DNA of 64,000 nucleotides, taken from contig LSRY02000039.1 in the NCBI GenBank assembly GCA_001643675.2, positions 62,001 through 126,000 of the forward strand, in the 5' to 3' direction. Origin of the DNA: Monocercomonoides exilis PA203. Its lineage: Eukaryota; Protista; Preaxostyla. Below the pieces are notes generated by a model, which was not told the DNA's origin, ran no database searches, and saw only the letters and a program-made list of their open reading frames with translations. Below are positions 36,673 through 47,271 of this stretch, one piece after another (within the stretch, counting starts at the first letter, position 1; each line of letters begins with the position of its first letter). Position numbers and translations under genes: made by a program.

Positions 36673-39600
36673 ATGAAAATACTGTTTGGAAGGAGAGTGT
36701 TTGTTTTCGGGGTTTGCTTGCATTGCATGAATCTTGCTGCCACAAAAGAGTACTCAAAGTTGATTGGAGAAAACATGAAAGATGAAAAAATGACTGAAAC
36801 GAACAGCAATCCACTTCAAATCAGCAAAAACACTCCAAATGATGTTCTGAACGAATTTGCAATGGAAGGCATTGAAATTGTTGATGAAGTGAAAAGGAGT
36901 GAAACAGTTGGAAGAGATGATCAAAAACAAAAAGAAAAAAACGAAGAAACAGAAAATGAAGGGGAAATGGGGAAGAAGACATATATCAACCAGGAAAGTG
37001 AAATTGAGTGTTGCGTGAAATCCTCCAATTCCTCGATTGTGCTGAAGTGCTTGTTGTTGAAAGAAAAAGGTGCAAAACGGATGCTTATTGCAAGAGGAGG
37101 AAGCGTTGTTTCAATGAGAGAATGCATCCTTTTTGTTGGGCAGCATTCCCAGCCAATTGAACTGGAAGGGAGTTTTGGGTCATTTGCGAACATTTCTCTG
37201 ATGCCAAATGCAGAAGGATTGAACACATTTCCTCCTCTTTTCACTTCCAAACAAACCGAAAACAGTGTTTCGAAATCTTCCATTATTTCCTTGAGTGAAT
37301 CCCACTTCTCTTCTTTTTGTGTCTCATCAGCCCCATTCCTTTCTTCACCTTCTATTCCCCTTGTATCCCTCTCCAAACTCACTTTTTTCAACATCTCAAC
37401 AGCAAATGAGGCATGTTTACCTTCAACCACAATGTCAACCCAAACCACTTGTTTTATGAGCAGCTGCTCATTTACGTCTGTTTGCGATGCATATGATGGA
37501 GGGATTGTTCATTCCCTCAACAATCCCTCATCTTCCTTGTCTGCTTCAAACATCTCATTCATTGGGTGTTGTCGAACAAGGAATGTTGTTTGTGAAGGAA
37601 CTGCAGAGGCACCATTGAAGCCAGAGAGACAAAGCATTACAGAAAACATAGCGAATACGTTCACTTGGTGTGAGTGGAATGAATCGAAGACGACTGGAGA
37701 AATTGACTCTAATACAGACGGGATATCGAGTGGCGGGGCTATCTGCATGCACAATCTCAATTCTGGAGAACTTTCAGTTTCGAATTGTCTGTTTAATAAT
37801 TGCTTTGCATACAGCCGTGGAGGCGGAATCATGTGCAACACAATCAAATCTGTGCATATCGAAAACGATGTGTTCAATGCGTGTTCAGCACAAAACCGTT
37901 ACGGAGGAGGATTATATGCTGTGACGATTTCTACATGTGTTCGGATCAGTGGATGTGAATTCCAAAATTGCAAAGCAAATGGTGCTGGAGGAGGTCTTGA
38001 TCTCGATTATTTTCAGGTTTCAGTGCAAGGATGCATTGGAGCAGAAAATGGAGGAGGGGAGGGTGCGTGTGTGTTTGACTGCATTTTCACTTCATGCTCG
38101 GTTACTGGAAATGATGGTGGGGGTATGCGCTGTGCTAACATTCCTGCAACACTATACAAAATGAGGAGCATTCAATTTATTTCGTGCACAGCAACTGCAT
38201 ATGGTGGAGGATTATATTTTAATCCAAATCGAGCAACAACACAAAATGAAACAATGTATTGTTATTTCCTGTTGTTTCATGAATGCAAATGCAGAACTGA
38301 GTCCAATCCATATGGTCACGACATGGTTTATGCGGATTATAACAATGATTTTTTGAGTTCCAAAAATCCGTTATATGATTGTTACACTACAAACACGGAT
38401 AACAAGAGAGTATGTTACGGATATAATTATGTGAATGCAGGTGACTGGACATATGATCAAACATCAAAAAAGGATTGGCTGAAAGATAAGACGATTTATG
38501 TATCCGTGAATGGGAATGATGAATATGAGCTGTGTGGAGCAAATGAATCATATCCTTGTCTGACAGTGAAGAAGGCGTTTGATATGTGTGAGGTGCAGAT
38601 TAGCTTGATAATCACGCTGCTGGAAGGAGATCACACAAGAGAGACAACAACGATCGAGATTGAGACAAAGAAGATTTCTGTCATTGGGAAAGGGAGGACG
38701 GAGAGTTCGATTGGAACAGGAGCCCTTTCATCAACCGGATCGCTGTTCAGCGTGTCAACAGGTCATCTTGGTTTATTGCACATGAAAGTTGATTGCTACT
38801 CAAATGAAAATCCTTCTCTGAGCGTGGTTGTGATATCTGATGGGAGTGGGTCACTTTCATTGGAGGATGTTGTGATAACCACGAGAAATACAGGAGAATA
38901 TGTGCAATCATCATCAGTGTTTGTGGTTCCGCTGTCACAGCTGTCGATGGTTAGTGTGGAGATCATAAATATGAATATCTCAAAATCCTTGTTCTCTGAG
39001 TCGGATATATCTTCTTCTTCTTCTTCATCTGCATTGTTTTTGACAGCCACAACATCAGAAGAGAGTGTGCTTGCGAACTTGTCTGTGAAGAATGTGAAGT
39101 TGACGAGTGGAGATGGAGTGGTTGTGGAAAAGAGTGTGAAGGAAGGAGAAACATTTGTGGTGACGAACATAACAATTGAAGATTGCATGTGCAAGAATGG
39201 AAGTGGTGGAGGAATCAAGGTTGATTTATCGTCACCTTCAAGCAAGTTTCAGATGGAAGCAACAACAACAATCAACAGATGCAAATGCAGCGGATATGGA
39301 GGAGGGATGATGCTGTATCTGGCTGATGGCTCACACGACTTCTCAATATATACAGTTGACTTTGAAGGATGTACAGCATCATTAGGAGGTAATTATCTGT
39401 TTGTGAATGGGAGCAATTCAATGAACTGGGGAATAACAACAGAAAAGCTGAATGTCCAGTATGACAATTCAAAATACAATGAGATTGTGGGATATGATCG
39501 GAGCGACACAATAATGGGGCTGTTTCCTTTGAATGTGTTTTTGGATGAACATGAAGGATCAGCACATGTGGGGAAGGAAAATGATGGGCTGGGTGGATAC

Positions 39601-42600
39601 AACTCTTGGTTTTGTGGGTTTGATTATTATCCATGTGCCACCATCACCCATGCTGCCCAGATGCGATTTCCAGACACAAACAAGAAGATCCAGCTGGATT
39701 CAGGATATGAGCTTGCTGAAGAGGTTGCCATGGCTGATGCCTTTGAATGGGAGATTTCATGTGCCACAAAAGGGATGGAAGTTGGGGTGAAGAAACCAGA
39801 GAATTTTGAGTCTTCTTGTCTGATTGAGGTGCAGAGCAAATTCTCAATGAAAAACATCAAGTTTTGCATTCCAAGTCTTCTGTCTGGCGCATCATCTATG
39901 ATTTCATCCAACTCCACACTCCTCACACTCACTGACTGTTCAGTTGCACATTTGTCAGAGAATGCTGTGAGCGGCTCGATCGGATACTCCTTTGCGAAGG
40001 TGGAGAGAGGGAGTCTGAGGTTGGTGCGATTTGAAGTCAAAGAAACATTGCGATTCGGGGAGCACTCACTGATCGAGTTTGCCGAAGGTGTGGATGTTGT
40101 GTATTTCACTGGATGCAATGTGAGCAACGTTGAGAAGAGAAATGGAGACGGAGGATGGCTGAGTGGAGTGGTTGGTGCAGAAAGAGGCGAAGGGTTGAAT
40201 GGGATTGTTGTGATTGAATCGTGTGTTGCAAAGAGGTGCAGTTGCCTTGGCGGAAGTGGAGGAGGAGGGAGTGTGTGTGTGAGTGTGAAAGGAGAAGGAA
40301 GTGCTGTTGTGAATGGAACGAGTGTGATTGATGGATGCGAGGCAATGAGTTTGGATGGAAGTGGAGGCAGAGGAGGAGGAATGATGATTGTGATGGGAAG
40401 CACGCTGAGCTTACTGAAAATTGAATCTGGCGTTCACTTTTCAGTTGATGCTGCAAACAGAGCAAAATATGGGAAGGATGTGTTTGTTTGTTGCAGCTCT
40501 GGGATATTGCTGGAATCAAAGGTGAATGAAAGCTCATTCGGTTTTTTTGACTCAGCATCCATTCCCTCAGATGTTTTGGAGTTGTGTGGGAGTGAGAATG
40601 GAAAAGAAGAGGAGGTGATTCCGCTGTTTGTGTATTTGTGCTCAATTGGCTCAAAGCTGACTGTCGACGGGAGCGGAGAGAGGGCACTGGATCACAGCCA
40701 TTGCGGATTCGAGAAGTTTGGGTGTGTGACGATTGACTATTGTGTGAGCAAGAGGGCGAACAACACCATTCATGAAATCGAAGTTGCCTCTGAATCATCG
40801 ATAAAAAATGAAATGAAAGTGGCTTCATTTGATGTGAGTCTTTCTGGGAAAGAAGAATGGATGAAGGTGATTGTGAGAGATGAAGGATCAATGAATCAAA
40901 ATAATCTTATTGAGTGCACAAAACCATTTGAAATGATAAATTTGGCATTTGTGTTGAATGAAGAAATGAATGGGAGGAGAAGTGGATTTATCCATTCCTC
41001 ATCAGCAATCGTCACAATCACCAGATGTTCAGTCACATTTGCAAATGATGAAATGATTGGATACAATGTGATCAATATTGAGGGAGGAGGGCTGATTGCG
41101 AATGGATTTGTGATGGAAGGAGGAGTGAGAATGAATGGGAAGTCTCCAATAGTGATCACAAATGGAGTTGAATTCGAAATGAAGAACAACCGAATGAGTG
41201 GAGTGGAAGTGAAAGGAGGAATTGGAGGAGGATGTTTGAATGTTAAGATGAAGGAAGGAGTGGATGTGAATATTGAAGAATGCAATTTGTCATCAGTGTG
41301 TTCAGGGGGGAGTGGGACGAAAGGAGGAGGGATGATGATAACTGTTGGAAGTGGAGGGAGCTTGAAGATGAAGGAAGTGAAGTTTGAAGGATGTGAAGTG
41401 CCATCAGGCGAGAGTGATGAGGTGGGGAGAGGAATGGGAGGAGGAATGTTTGTGAAGCTACCAGATGAAATGGGATCATTTATGCTTGAACAAATGACAT
41501 TTGAAGGATGCGATGCCTGGAAAGGGAAGAATGTGTTTGTTTCAGGATGGAATCTGAGTGAGATTGTGAATGAGGAGCACTTCAAATGGGAGATAAAGGA
41601 AGAGGAGTTGGGGTCGTTGGATGAGCTGTGTGGATGGGAGAGGAAGACAACAGGAGAGGAGGGACATGTGATTCCATTGGTTGTGTATTTGTGGAGGAAC
41701 TGGAGTGGGGATGGGTTTGTTTCTCGAGAGAAAGGAGGAGACTTCAGTGGGTGTGGGTATTCAGAAGCACCATGCACATCAATTGATCATCTGATTTCAA
41801 TGAGATATTCAACACTTGAAGAAGGCGAAACACATATTGTCATTGTGGGATCAGGGTTGCTGAGACGTTCCATTTCATTTTCATTTTTGTCTTCTTCATC
41901 ATCAATTTTAGAGAAGCCAAAAGTGGTGGTTGATGGAGCAAAGAAAGGAACAGGTGTGATGATAAGTGATGAAGATGAAAATGAATTGGATGATGGTTCA
42001 ATGATCTCATCGAATGTGAGTCTGTCATTTGTGAATGTGTCATTCACAAAACCCAGCATCACCACCCATCATGAAGTATTTATTGAATCCTCAGGAACAA
42101 GTTCATTATTGTCGGTTGCTGATTGTTCATTTGGTTCATTGACAGGATTGACAGAGACAGCAGGATATTGCCTGATGAAAGCGAATGGAGGGAGTGTTGT
42201 GATTGAAAGGAGTTCATTAAGCTTGATCTCTGAGTTGAAAGGATTCATCTGTTTCAGCCCAAGTGTTTGCCAGATGACTCTTCAAAATGTGAACATTTCA
42301 TTTGCCGATGTAAAGGAAAGAAGCTTGATTTCGATGATGGAAGAGGAAAATCAGATGAATGAAAAGGTGAATAATCATTCAAATGCAAATGGCAACAGAC
42401 CAGTTTTGAGGGTTGTTGGGTGTTCATTTGCCAACATCACAAACGAAGGGATTGGAGCGAGTGTTATTGATGTGGGATCGTTTGAGCATGGAGTGGAGTG
42501 TGTGATGGATGAGTGCTCAATCACAAACTGCAAGAGCGCTTCGAGTGCAGAAGGTGGAGGAATGAGAGTGGCACTGAAGAGGGAAGAATCAGTTTTGAAA

Positions 42601-45600
42601 GTGAATGGCAGCTCATTTTCGATGTGCAAGTGCTCGACTGGTTCGGGGTGTGGAGGAGGGCTGTATATTGATGGATATGATCCAAATGCCAATTATGGAA
42701 ATGAAACTCAGATTCCGCCTCTGAAATTCAAGATTGTGAACATCCTGTTTGTGATGAATGAGGCACATGTGGGGAAAGACATATTCATCAAATGCTTCTC
42801 GATTGCCCATCAGATCAACGAAACGCTGTTTGCGTTGAACTACAACCAGGAGTCGTTGAACTCAAACAACTCCATCTGCGGGAGGGATGTTGAGAGCGAG
42901 GGAGATGTTGATCTGATTCCGCTGACAACATTCTATTATTCGGCACAGGTGTTTGTGAGTGGGAGAGGGAGTGATGACAGGCGATGTGGATCTCAGACCA
43001 ATCCTTGTTCCAGCATCAATTGTGTGGTTGATCACATTGAGCAAGGCGTGATGAATGCGATTCTAATTGATGGGGAAGGAGCTGTGACAAAGGAATGTGT
43101 GATTGGAGATCTGATTGTGAACCCATTCAAAAAGACACAGGCGATTGTGAGGTTGAAATCCAAGATTGAGAAATCATTTGAGAAGGATTGCATCATGGAG
43201 TTTGTGAATGAATGTTTCGTGGAGAGATGCTCTTTCCAGTTTGAAGATGGATTTGAATCAACTCACAGTTATCTCATCAAAGTGAAGAACGGGTCAATGG
43301 AGATCCATAAATGTGAATTCATCTCCTCTATCGATGAACTGAAATTGAACAATTCAGTTATGAGTGTTGAAAGTGGAGAGCTGAAGATATCAGAAACATC
43401 ATTCAGGGATTTGCGCTCAACATCAGCACTGCTTTTCTTTAATAAAGAATCGAATGTGACAATTGATGAAACAAGAATATGGAATATCGAATGTGAGGGA
43501 GATGTTGTGAGTGTTGGAGGGAAAGCGAAAGTGGAGATAAAAGAAATGGTGGTTGAGAATGTGACTCTGTTGTCAAATGGGTGTGTAATTGCGATGGAAG
43601 ATGCTGAGCAAGAGGTGAGTGTGTTGAACTGCTCGTTAGAAAAATGTGTGAATTCGGTGGAAAAGGGAAGAATGATGCAGATAAGACGATCCAAGGATGC
43701 GAGAATTGAGACATGTGTGTTTGATGGAGAAAAAGATGAAGAGATAATCAATGAAGAAGTTGAAAGAATGAAAGAAGAGGGATTATGCAAATGGAATGGG
43801 TCATTGATTGATGTTGAGAAGAGCAATGTGGAGATGAGGGAAACAACGGCTATGAAGAGTAAGGAAGGTGGATTGCGGGTGAGTGGAGGGAGTGTGAAGA
43901 TTGAGAAAGGAGAATTTGAGAACAACAACCCTGAGATTGAGGGATATCCATCAGCCAGAAGGAATGCGATTTGTGAAGGGAATGGTGAATTGGATGTTGT
44001 GAGTGTGAAAGGGGGAGATGGAATGTTGCCAAACACATCGTTGTGGATATTGGACGAAGGATGCCAATTTGGAGGAATCGCCGGTGAAAGAGGATCGTCA
44101 TTTTTCATCCCGGTTCTGGAAGAAGTCAAGAATTCAACTCAGCCAAATGGAGAGATGGAATTGGTCATCCTTGGGAAACTGCTTCTTCCGTGTGGTTTAT
44201 CGCTGAGATTAAACATGAAAGAAGGGGATGTTGAACTTCCATATTCGAGCACCATCACAGAAGATGGTTATATATCAGAGAACGAGGTGCATTCAATGAT
44301 TTCATCGGAACTGCTGAAAGTGATGGAGAACAAAACAGAAGTGAGAATGTGCCTTCTGTTTGGAAAAGCCGATTCGCCTTCATCAACAGATTCATTCATT
44401 CTGAAGAACAAAAGTGAATCTCAGTCAAGCGGAAATGAAAAACTTGCTGAAAGTGGAAAAGGATCAAATCTGTCCTGGGCTCTTATAATCGCAGTAATAT
44501 TTGTTGTTCTGTTCTTGATTGTTCTTATTGTTGCTGTTGCCTTTATTGTTCGATGGAGAAAACAAAAAAGACGAACAAAGGAGTTGGAGATAATTGTGGA
44601 AGATACTGTGAAGAAGGATCCGAAGGCATTTGAGATGGTGACGATGGAGATGTCGCCTGAGGCGCAGTGGAGGAGGGCTGAGAGGGAGGCTGAGAAGAAG
44701 AATGAAGAGAGGATAAAGAAGAGGGTGTATGAGAATAGCTTGGGACACTCGGAGTCATCAGAGCATTTATTGAGTGAGAGTGGCTCCACTGAATACATCC
44801 TTGGCCAAGACTCAGACAAGATTCCCAAATGGATGCTGGAGAAGGTGGATGAGAAAGAAGAAGAAGAGGAGGAAACAAGGAAGAGAACACCATCACCATC
44901 CATCTCATCCACTTCAACCACAGACACTTCAGACACTGAATCCACTTTTGTTCGGGGAGAGGATCTGTGCCCCACCACCTCATCCATGTCGAATCTGGTG
45001 GATGCAATGGCCTGCTCATCCCCTCACGAGAAACTGATTGTGGACCTGCGTGATTCGCTGTTCATGCTGTTGCACGGAAGGAATGCCAAGAAGGAGATGG
45101 CAATTGGAACTTTTGAGGAGAGGGAGCAAACGGCTGCTCAGATCCTGTTTTGGGTAGACAATCTCGCCCTCCACTCATTTGACGAGATGGAAAAACCTCT
45201 TTCTTCTCTTTCCAATCTGAGTCCTCATATCGTTCTGTTCTCAGAGCACATGGTCATCTGCATTGTGATGCATTCTGATTTGCTTTTGTCTGATGACTCA
45301 GATTCATCGTTGATTTCTTCATCAACTGTTGTCACTTCTGCCAGTGATGATGACGATGACGATGATTCCCTGCCCTCATCTGCCTTTGAGGATGATGATT
45401 ATTACAAAAAAGAGTGTCTGAGGTGGAAGGCACCAGAGCTGCTGATCAACAAGAAGATGGGCGCAACAAAGGAAACAGTTTCATTCTCGATTGGGATGAT
45501 GCTGTGGGAGTGCCTGACTCTGAAGGTTCCGTTTGGAGAATACGAAGCGGAAGTTGCTGGACAGAAAATTGTGAATGGAGAGAGGCCAAGAGGAGAGATT

Positions 45601-45840
45601 ATTGAGCAGTCTCATTTGAGCTTGGTGGTGAACTCTTGCTGGAGTGACAAAGCCTCTGAGAGGATGTCCCTCAATGCTCTGAAAAGGGAGTTCATTCAGT
45701 GCTTTCCGCCAGGCGCTGCCATCCTGACAATGACTGATGCAATTGCTCTTGAAGAGTCAGGCGAAGAGGAAGGCAACGAAAGTGCTGCAAAGAGCGGAGA
45801 AGAAGACGAATCGCTTGACTCACAGCAAAGCCGATTATGA
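36673..45840 (+). CDS. Giant type-I surface receptor pseudokinase, 3055 aa; paralog of 12340-22164
   Basis: Uninterrupted ORF with a hydrophobic N-terminus, GGG/GGA beta-helix-like repeats and G-x-D-x3-CG-x4-PC modules. Same TM as the paralog and the same CLRWKAPELL / FSIGMMLWECLT tail. Confidence 0.88.
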   Translation: MKILFGRRVFVFGVCLHCMNLAATKEYSKLIGENMKDEKMTETNSNPLQISKNTPNDVLNEFAMEGIEIVDEVKRSETVGRDDQKQKEKNEETENEGEMGKKTYINQESEIECCVKSSNSSIVLKCLLLKEKGAKRMLIARGGSVVSMRECILFVGQHSQPIELEGSFGSFANISLMPNAEGLNTFPPLFTSKQTENSVSKSSIISLSESHFSSFCVSSAPFLSSPSIPLVSLSKLTFFNISTANEACLPSTTMSTQTTCFMSSCSFTSVCDAYDGGIVHSLNNPSSSLSASNISFIGCCRTRNVVCEGTAEAPLKPERQSITENIANTFTWCEWNESKTTGEIDSNTDGISSGGAICMHNLNSGELSVSNCLFNNCFAYSRGGGIMCNTIKSVHIENDVFNACSAQNRYGGGLYAVTISTCVRISGCEFQNCKANGAGGGLDLDYFQVSVQGCIGAENGGGEGACVFDCIFTSCSVTGNDGGGMRCANIPATLYKMRSIQFISCTATAYGGGLYFNPNRATTQNETMYCYFLLFHECKCRTESNPYGHDMVYADYNNDFLSSKNPLYDCYTTNTDNKRVCYGYNYVNAGDWTYDQTSKKDWLKDKTIYVSVNGNDEYELCGANESYPCLTVKKAFDMCEVQISLIITLLEGDHTRETTTIEIETKKISVIGKGRTESSIGTGALSSTGSLFSVSTGHLGLLHMKVDCYSNENPSLSVVVISDGSGSLSLEDVVITTRNTGEYVQSSSVFVVPLSQLSMVSVEIINMNISKSLFSESDISSSSSSSALFLTATTSEESVLANLSVKNVKLTSGDGVVVEKSVKEGETFVVTNITIEDCMCKNGSGGGIKVDLSSPSSKFQMEATTTINRCKCSGYGGGMMLYLADGSHDFSIYTVDFEGCTASLGGNYLFVNGSNSMNWGITTEKLNVQYDNSKYNEIVGYDRSDTIMGLFPLNVFLDEHEGSAHVGKENDGLGGYNSWFCGFDYYPCATITHAAQMRFPDTNKKIQLDSGYELAEEVAMADAFEWEISCATKGMEVGVKKPENFESSCLIEVQSKFSMKNIKFCIPSLLSGASSMISSNSTLLTLTDCSVAHLSENAVSGSIGYSFAKVERGSLRLVRFEVKETLRFGEHSLIEFAEGVDVVYFTGCNVSNVEKRNGDGGWLSGVVGAERGEGLNGIVVIESCVAKRCSCLGGSGGGGSVCVSVKGEGSAVVNGTSVIDGCEAMSLDGSGGRGGGMMIVMGSTLSLLKIESGVHFSVDAANRAKYGKDVFVCCSSGILLESKVNESSFGFFDSASIPSDVLELCGSENGKEEEVIPLFVYLCSIGSKLTVDGSGERALDHSHCGFEKFGCVTIDYCVSKRANNTIHEIEVASESSIKNEMKVASFDVSLSGKEEWMKVIVRDEGSMNQNNLIECTKPFEMINLAFVLNEEMNGRRSGFIHSSSAIVTITRCSVTFANDEMIGYNVINIEGGGLIANGFVMEGGVRMNGKSPIVITNGVEFEMKNNRMSGVEVKGGIGGGCLNVKMKEGVDVNIEECNLSSVCSGGSGTKGGGMMITVGSGGSLKMKEVKFEGCEVPSGESDEVGRGMGGGMFVKLPDEMGSFMLEQMTFEGCDAWKGKNVFVSGWNLSEIVNEEHFKWEIKEEELGSLDELCGWERKTTGEEGHVIPLVVYLWRNWSGDGFVSREKGGDFSGCGYSEAPCTSIDHLISMRYSTLEEGETHIVIVGSGLLRRSISFSFLSSSSSILEKPKVVVDGAKKGTGVMISDEDENELDDGSMISSNVSLSFVNVSFTKPSITTHHEVFIESSGTSSLLSVADCSFGSLTGLTETAGYCLMKANGGSVVIERSSLSLISELKGFICFSPSVCQMTLQNVNISFADVKERSLISMMEEENQMNEKVNNHSNANGNRPVLRVVGCSFANITNEGIGASVIDVGSFEHGVECVMDECSITNCKSASSAEGGGMRVALKREESVLKVNGSSFSMCKCSTGSGCGGGLYIDGYDPNANYGNETQIPPLKFKIVNILFVMNEAHVGKDIFIKCFSIAHQINETLFALNYNQESLNSNNSICGRDVESEGDVDLIPLTTFYYSAQVFVSGRGSDDRRCGSQTNPCSSINCVVDHIEQGVMNAILIDGEGAVTKECVIGDLIVNPFKKTQAIVRLKSKIEKSFEKDCIMEFVNECFVERCSFQFEDGFESTHSYLIKVKNGSMEIHKCEFISSIDELKLNNSVMSVESGELKISETSFRDLRSTSALLFFNKESNVTIDETRIWNIECEGDVVSVGGKAKVEIKEMVVENVTLLSNGCVIAMEDAEQEVSVLNCSLEKCVNSVEKGRMMQIRRSKDARIETCVFDGEKDEEIINEEVERMKEEGLCKWNGSLIDVEKSNVEMRETTAMKSKEGGLRVSGGSVKIEKGEFENNNPEIEGYPSARRNAICEGNGELDVVSVKGGDGMLPNTSLWILDEGCQFGGIAGERGSSFFIPVLEEVKNSTQPNGEMELVILGKLLLPCGLSLRLNMKEGDVELPYSSTITEDGYISENEVHSMISSELLKVMENKTEVRMCLLFGKADSPSSTDSFILKNKSESQSSGNEKLAESGKGSNLSWALIIAVIFVVLFLIVLIVAVAFIVRWRKQKRRTKELEIIVEDTVKKDPKAFEMVTMEMSPEAQWRRAEREAEKKNEERIKKRVYENSLGHSESSEHLLSESGSTEYILGQDSDKIPKWMLEKVDEKEEEEEETRKRTPSPSISSTSTTDTSDTESTFVRGEDLCPTTSSMSNLVDAMACSSPHEKLIVDLRDSLFMLLHGRNAKKEMAIGTFEEREQTAAQILFWVDNLALHSFDEMEKPLSSLSNLSPHIVLFSEHMVICIVMHSDLLLSDDSDSSLISSSTVVTSASDDDDDDDSLPSSAFEDDDYYKKECLRWKAPELLINKKMGATKETVSFSIGMMLWECLTLKVPFGEYEAEVAGQKIVNGERPRGEIIEQSHLSLVVNSCWSDKASERMSLNALKREFIQCFPPGAAILTMTDAIALEESGEEEGNESAAKSGEEDESLDSQQSRL

Positions 45841-46294
45841 TCGTTTGAGGGAAGAAAAATGTGCGGATGAAGTTATGCTGATATTTTGGTTGAAGCGAAG
45901 GAGAATGAGAAGGAAAAGGAGAAATAGAATGGTTTGTCAATGCCAACCATTGTGACGATTCTTGTTGATGGCTGAATTAATGCGGGTTGGGGAAGTCGGA
46001 CTTGTGTTGCAATTGATGATATGTCTGAAATGGTTGTTTCATTTTCAATGTTGGTGTTTTTTGTTTCTTATTCCTTATCTTTTGAAATCATATCACCCTT
46101 TCCATGCTTTTTTCAAATGTGTATGTAGTTATCAATCAACAACAATTTGTATATTTATCGCATCACTCGTTTTCTTCAGAATTGTTTCAAGCATTCCCCA
46201 ATGAAGAATAATTGCCCTCCTCAAACCTCCTGATATATTTTTGCCAAAGGCGATCCAAACAATAAAAATGTTCATTTCCCCTCATTTCTGCCAT

Positions 46295-47000
46295 TCATCT
46301 CTTCAAACGCATCAATTGCAAAAAAAAATCCTTTTGAACACTTTTTTGGTGAACACTGCTTTTCTTCTCTCTTTCTTTGAGCATTGTTTGATCGTCCAAT
46401 TCCATAAATCCTTCCTCTTTTCCTTCTCCCATCTTTTTGCCTTTCTTTCTTGTTGCCTGTCTTCGCTTTGCTTTGCCCATTTCATCAACAACCTTTTCTT
46501 TCACTCTTATGCATATTCTTTGAAAACACAAATGGAAATTTTCAATCAGGCAATTGATTACATCAAATTGGATATTTTCCTCCAAAACAGCATCCGCTGT
46601 TTCGCTGTTCAGCAAGTCTTCAATTTTCTCTTCTTCTGTCCTTTGCTGCTCTGAACACCATTTCATTGCTTTCCAAAAGCAAAACAAATTCTTTGTTCAT
46701 CGATTGACAGTCGCGAAAATAAAACTCCAAGGATATGAGCCATCTCGTTGGAAAAAAAATCTTCCTTTTTTTCTTTTCCTCTTTACTCGTTTGCTCCACA
46801 GATTTTGATTGCTCTTCATATTCTCTTCTTTTCTTTCTGTAAAAAGGAAGTCCATTTGCAACAACTTCTTCCAAGAATATTGAAATGCAAGTCGAATGAG
46901 GTTTCGATGTTCCCAATGATGTTGGACGATTTCTGTCACCTCATAAAGATGAAGTTCCTCCTCAATGCCTCTTCAGCACAGTCAGCTCACTTCATTAAAA
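46295..47000 (-). pseudogene. Fragmented copy of the helical gene family also seen at 57470-58773
   Basis: EIVQHHWEHRNLIRLAFQYSWK matches EIIKYHQEHRNLTRLAFRSAWK, and IEDLLNSETADAVLEE matches VEGLLKSGAVDTFLEG. The pieces are split over several frames. Confidence 0.65.
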
Positions 47001-47239
47001 CTCATCTTTGTCTTCAGTCATTTCGTTGAATCGTGCAGTTCTTCAAGCACACTGGTGCTTGTGAGGCATTCTCAAATCATAGAAACATGCACCGGCTCGT
47101 CTTTCTCAGCAATCTTCATTTTGTTTGCTTCAGTTACCCAGATTTCCCTTCCCAAAGCAAAACAGGCCAACCAACTGAAAATGAATGAGCTGCAAATTCT
47201 GCCTTCTTTGTCTTCGGTTTTTTCCTTCCCACTTCATTT

Positions 47240-47271
<32 letters not shown>

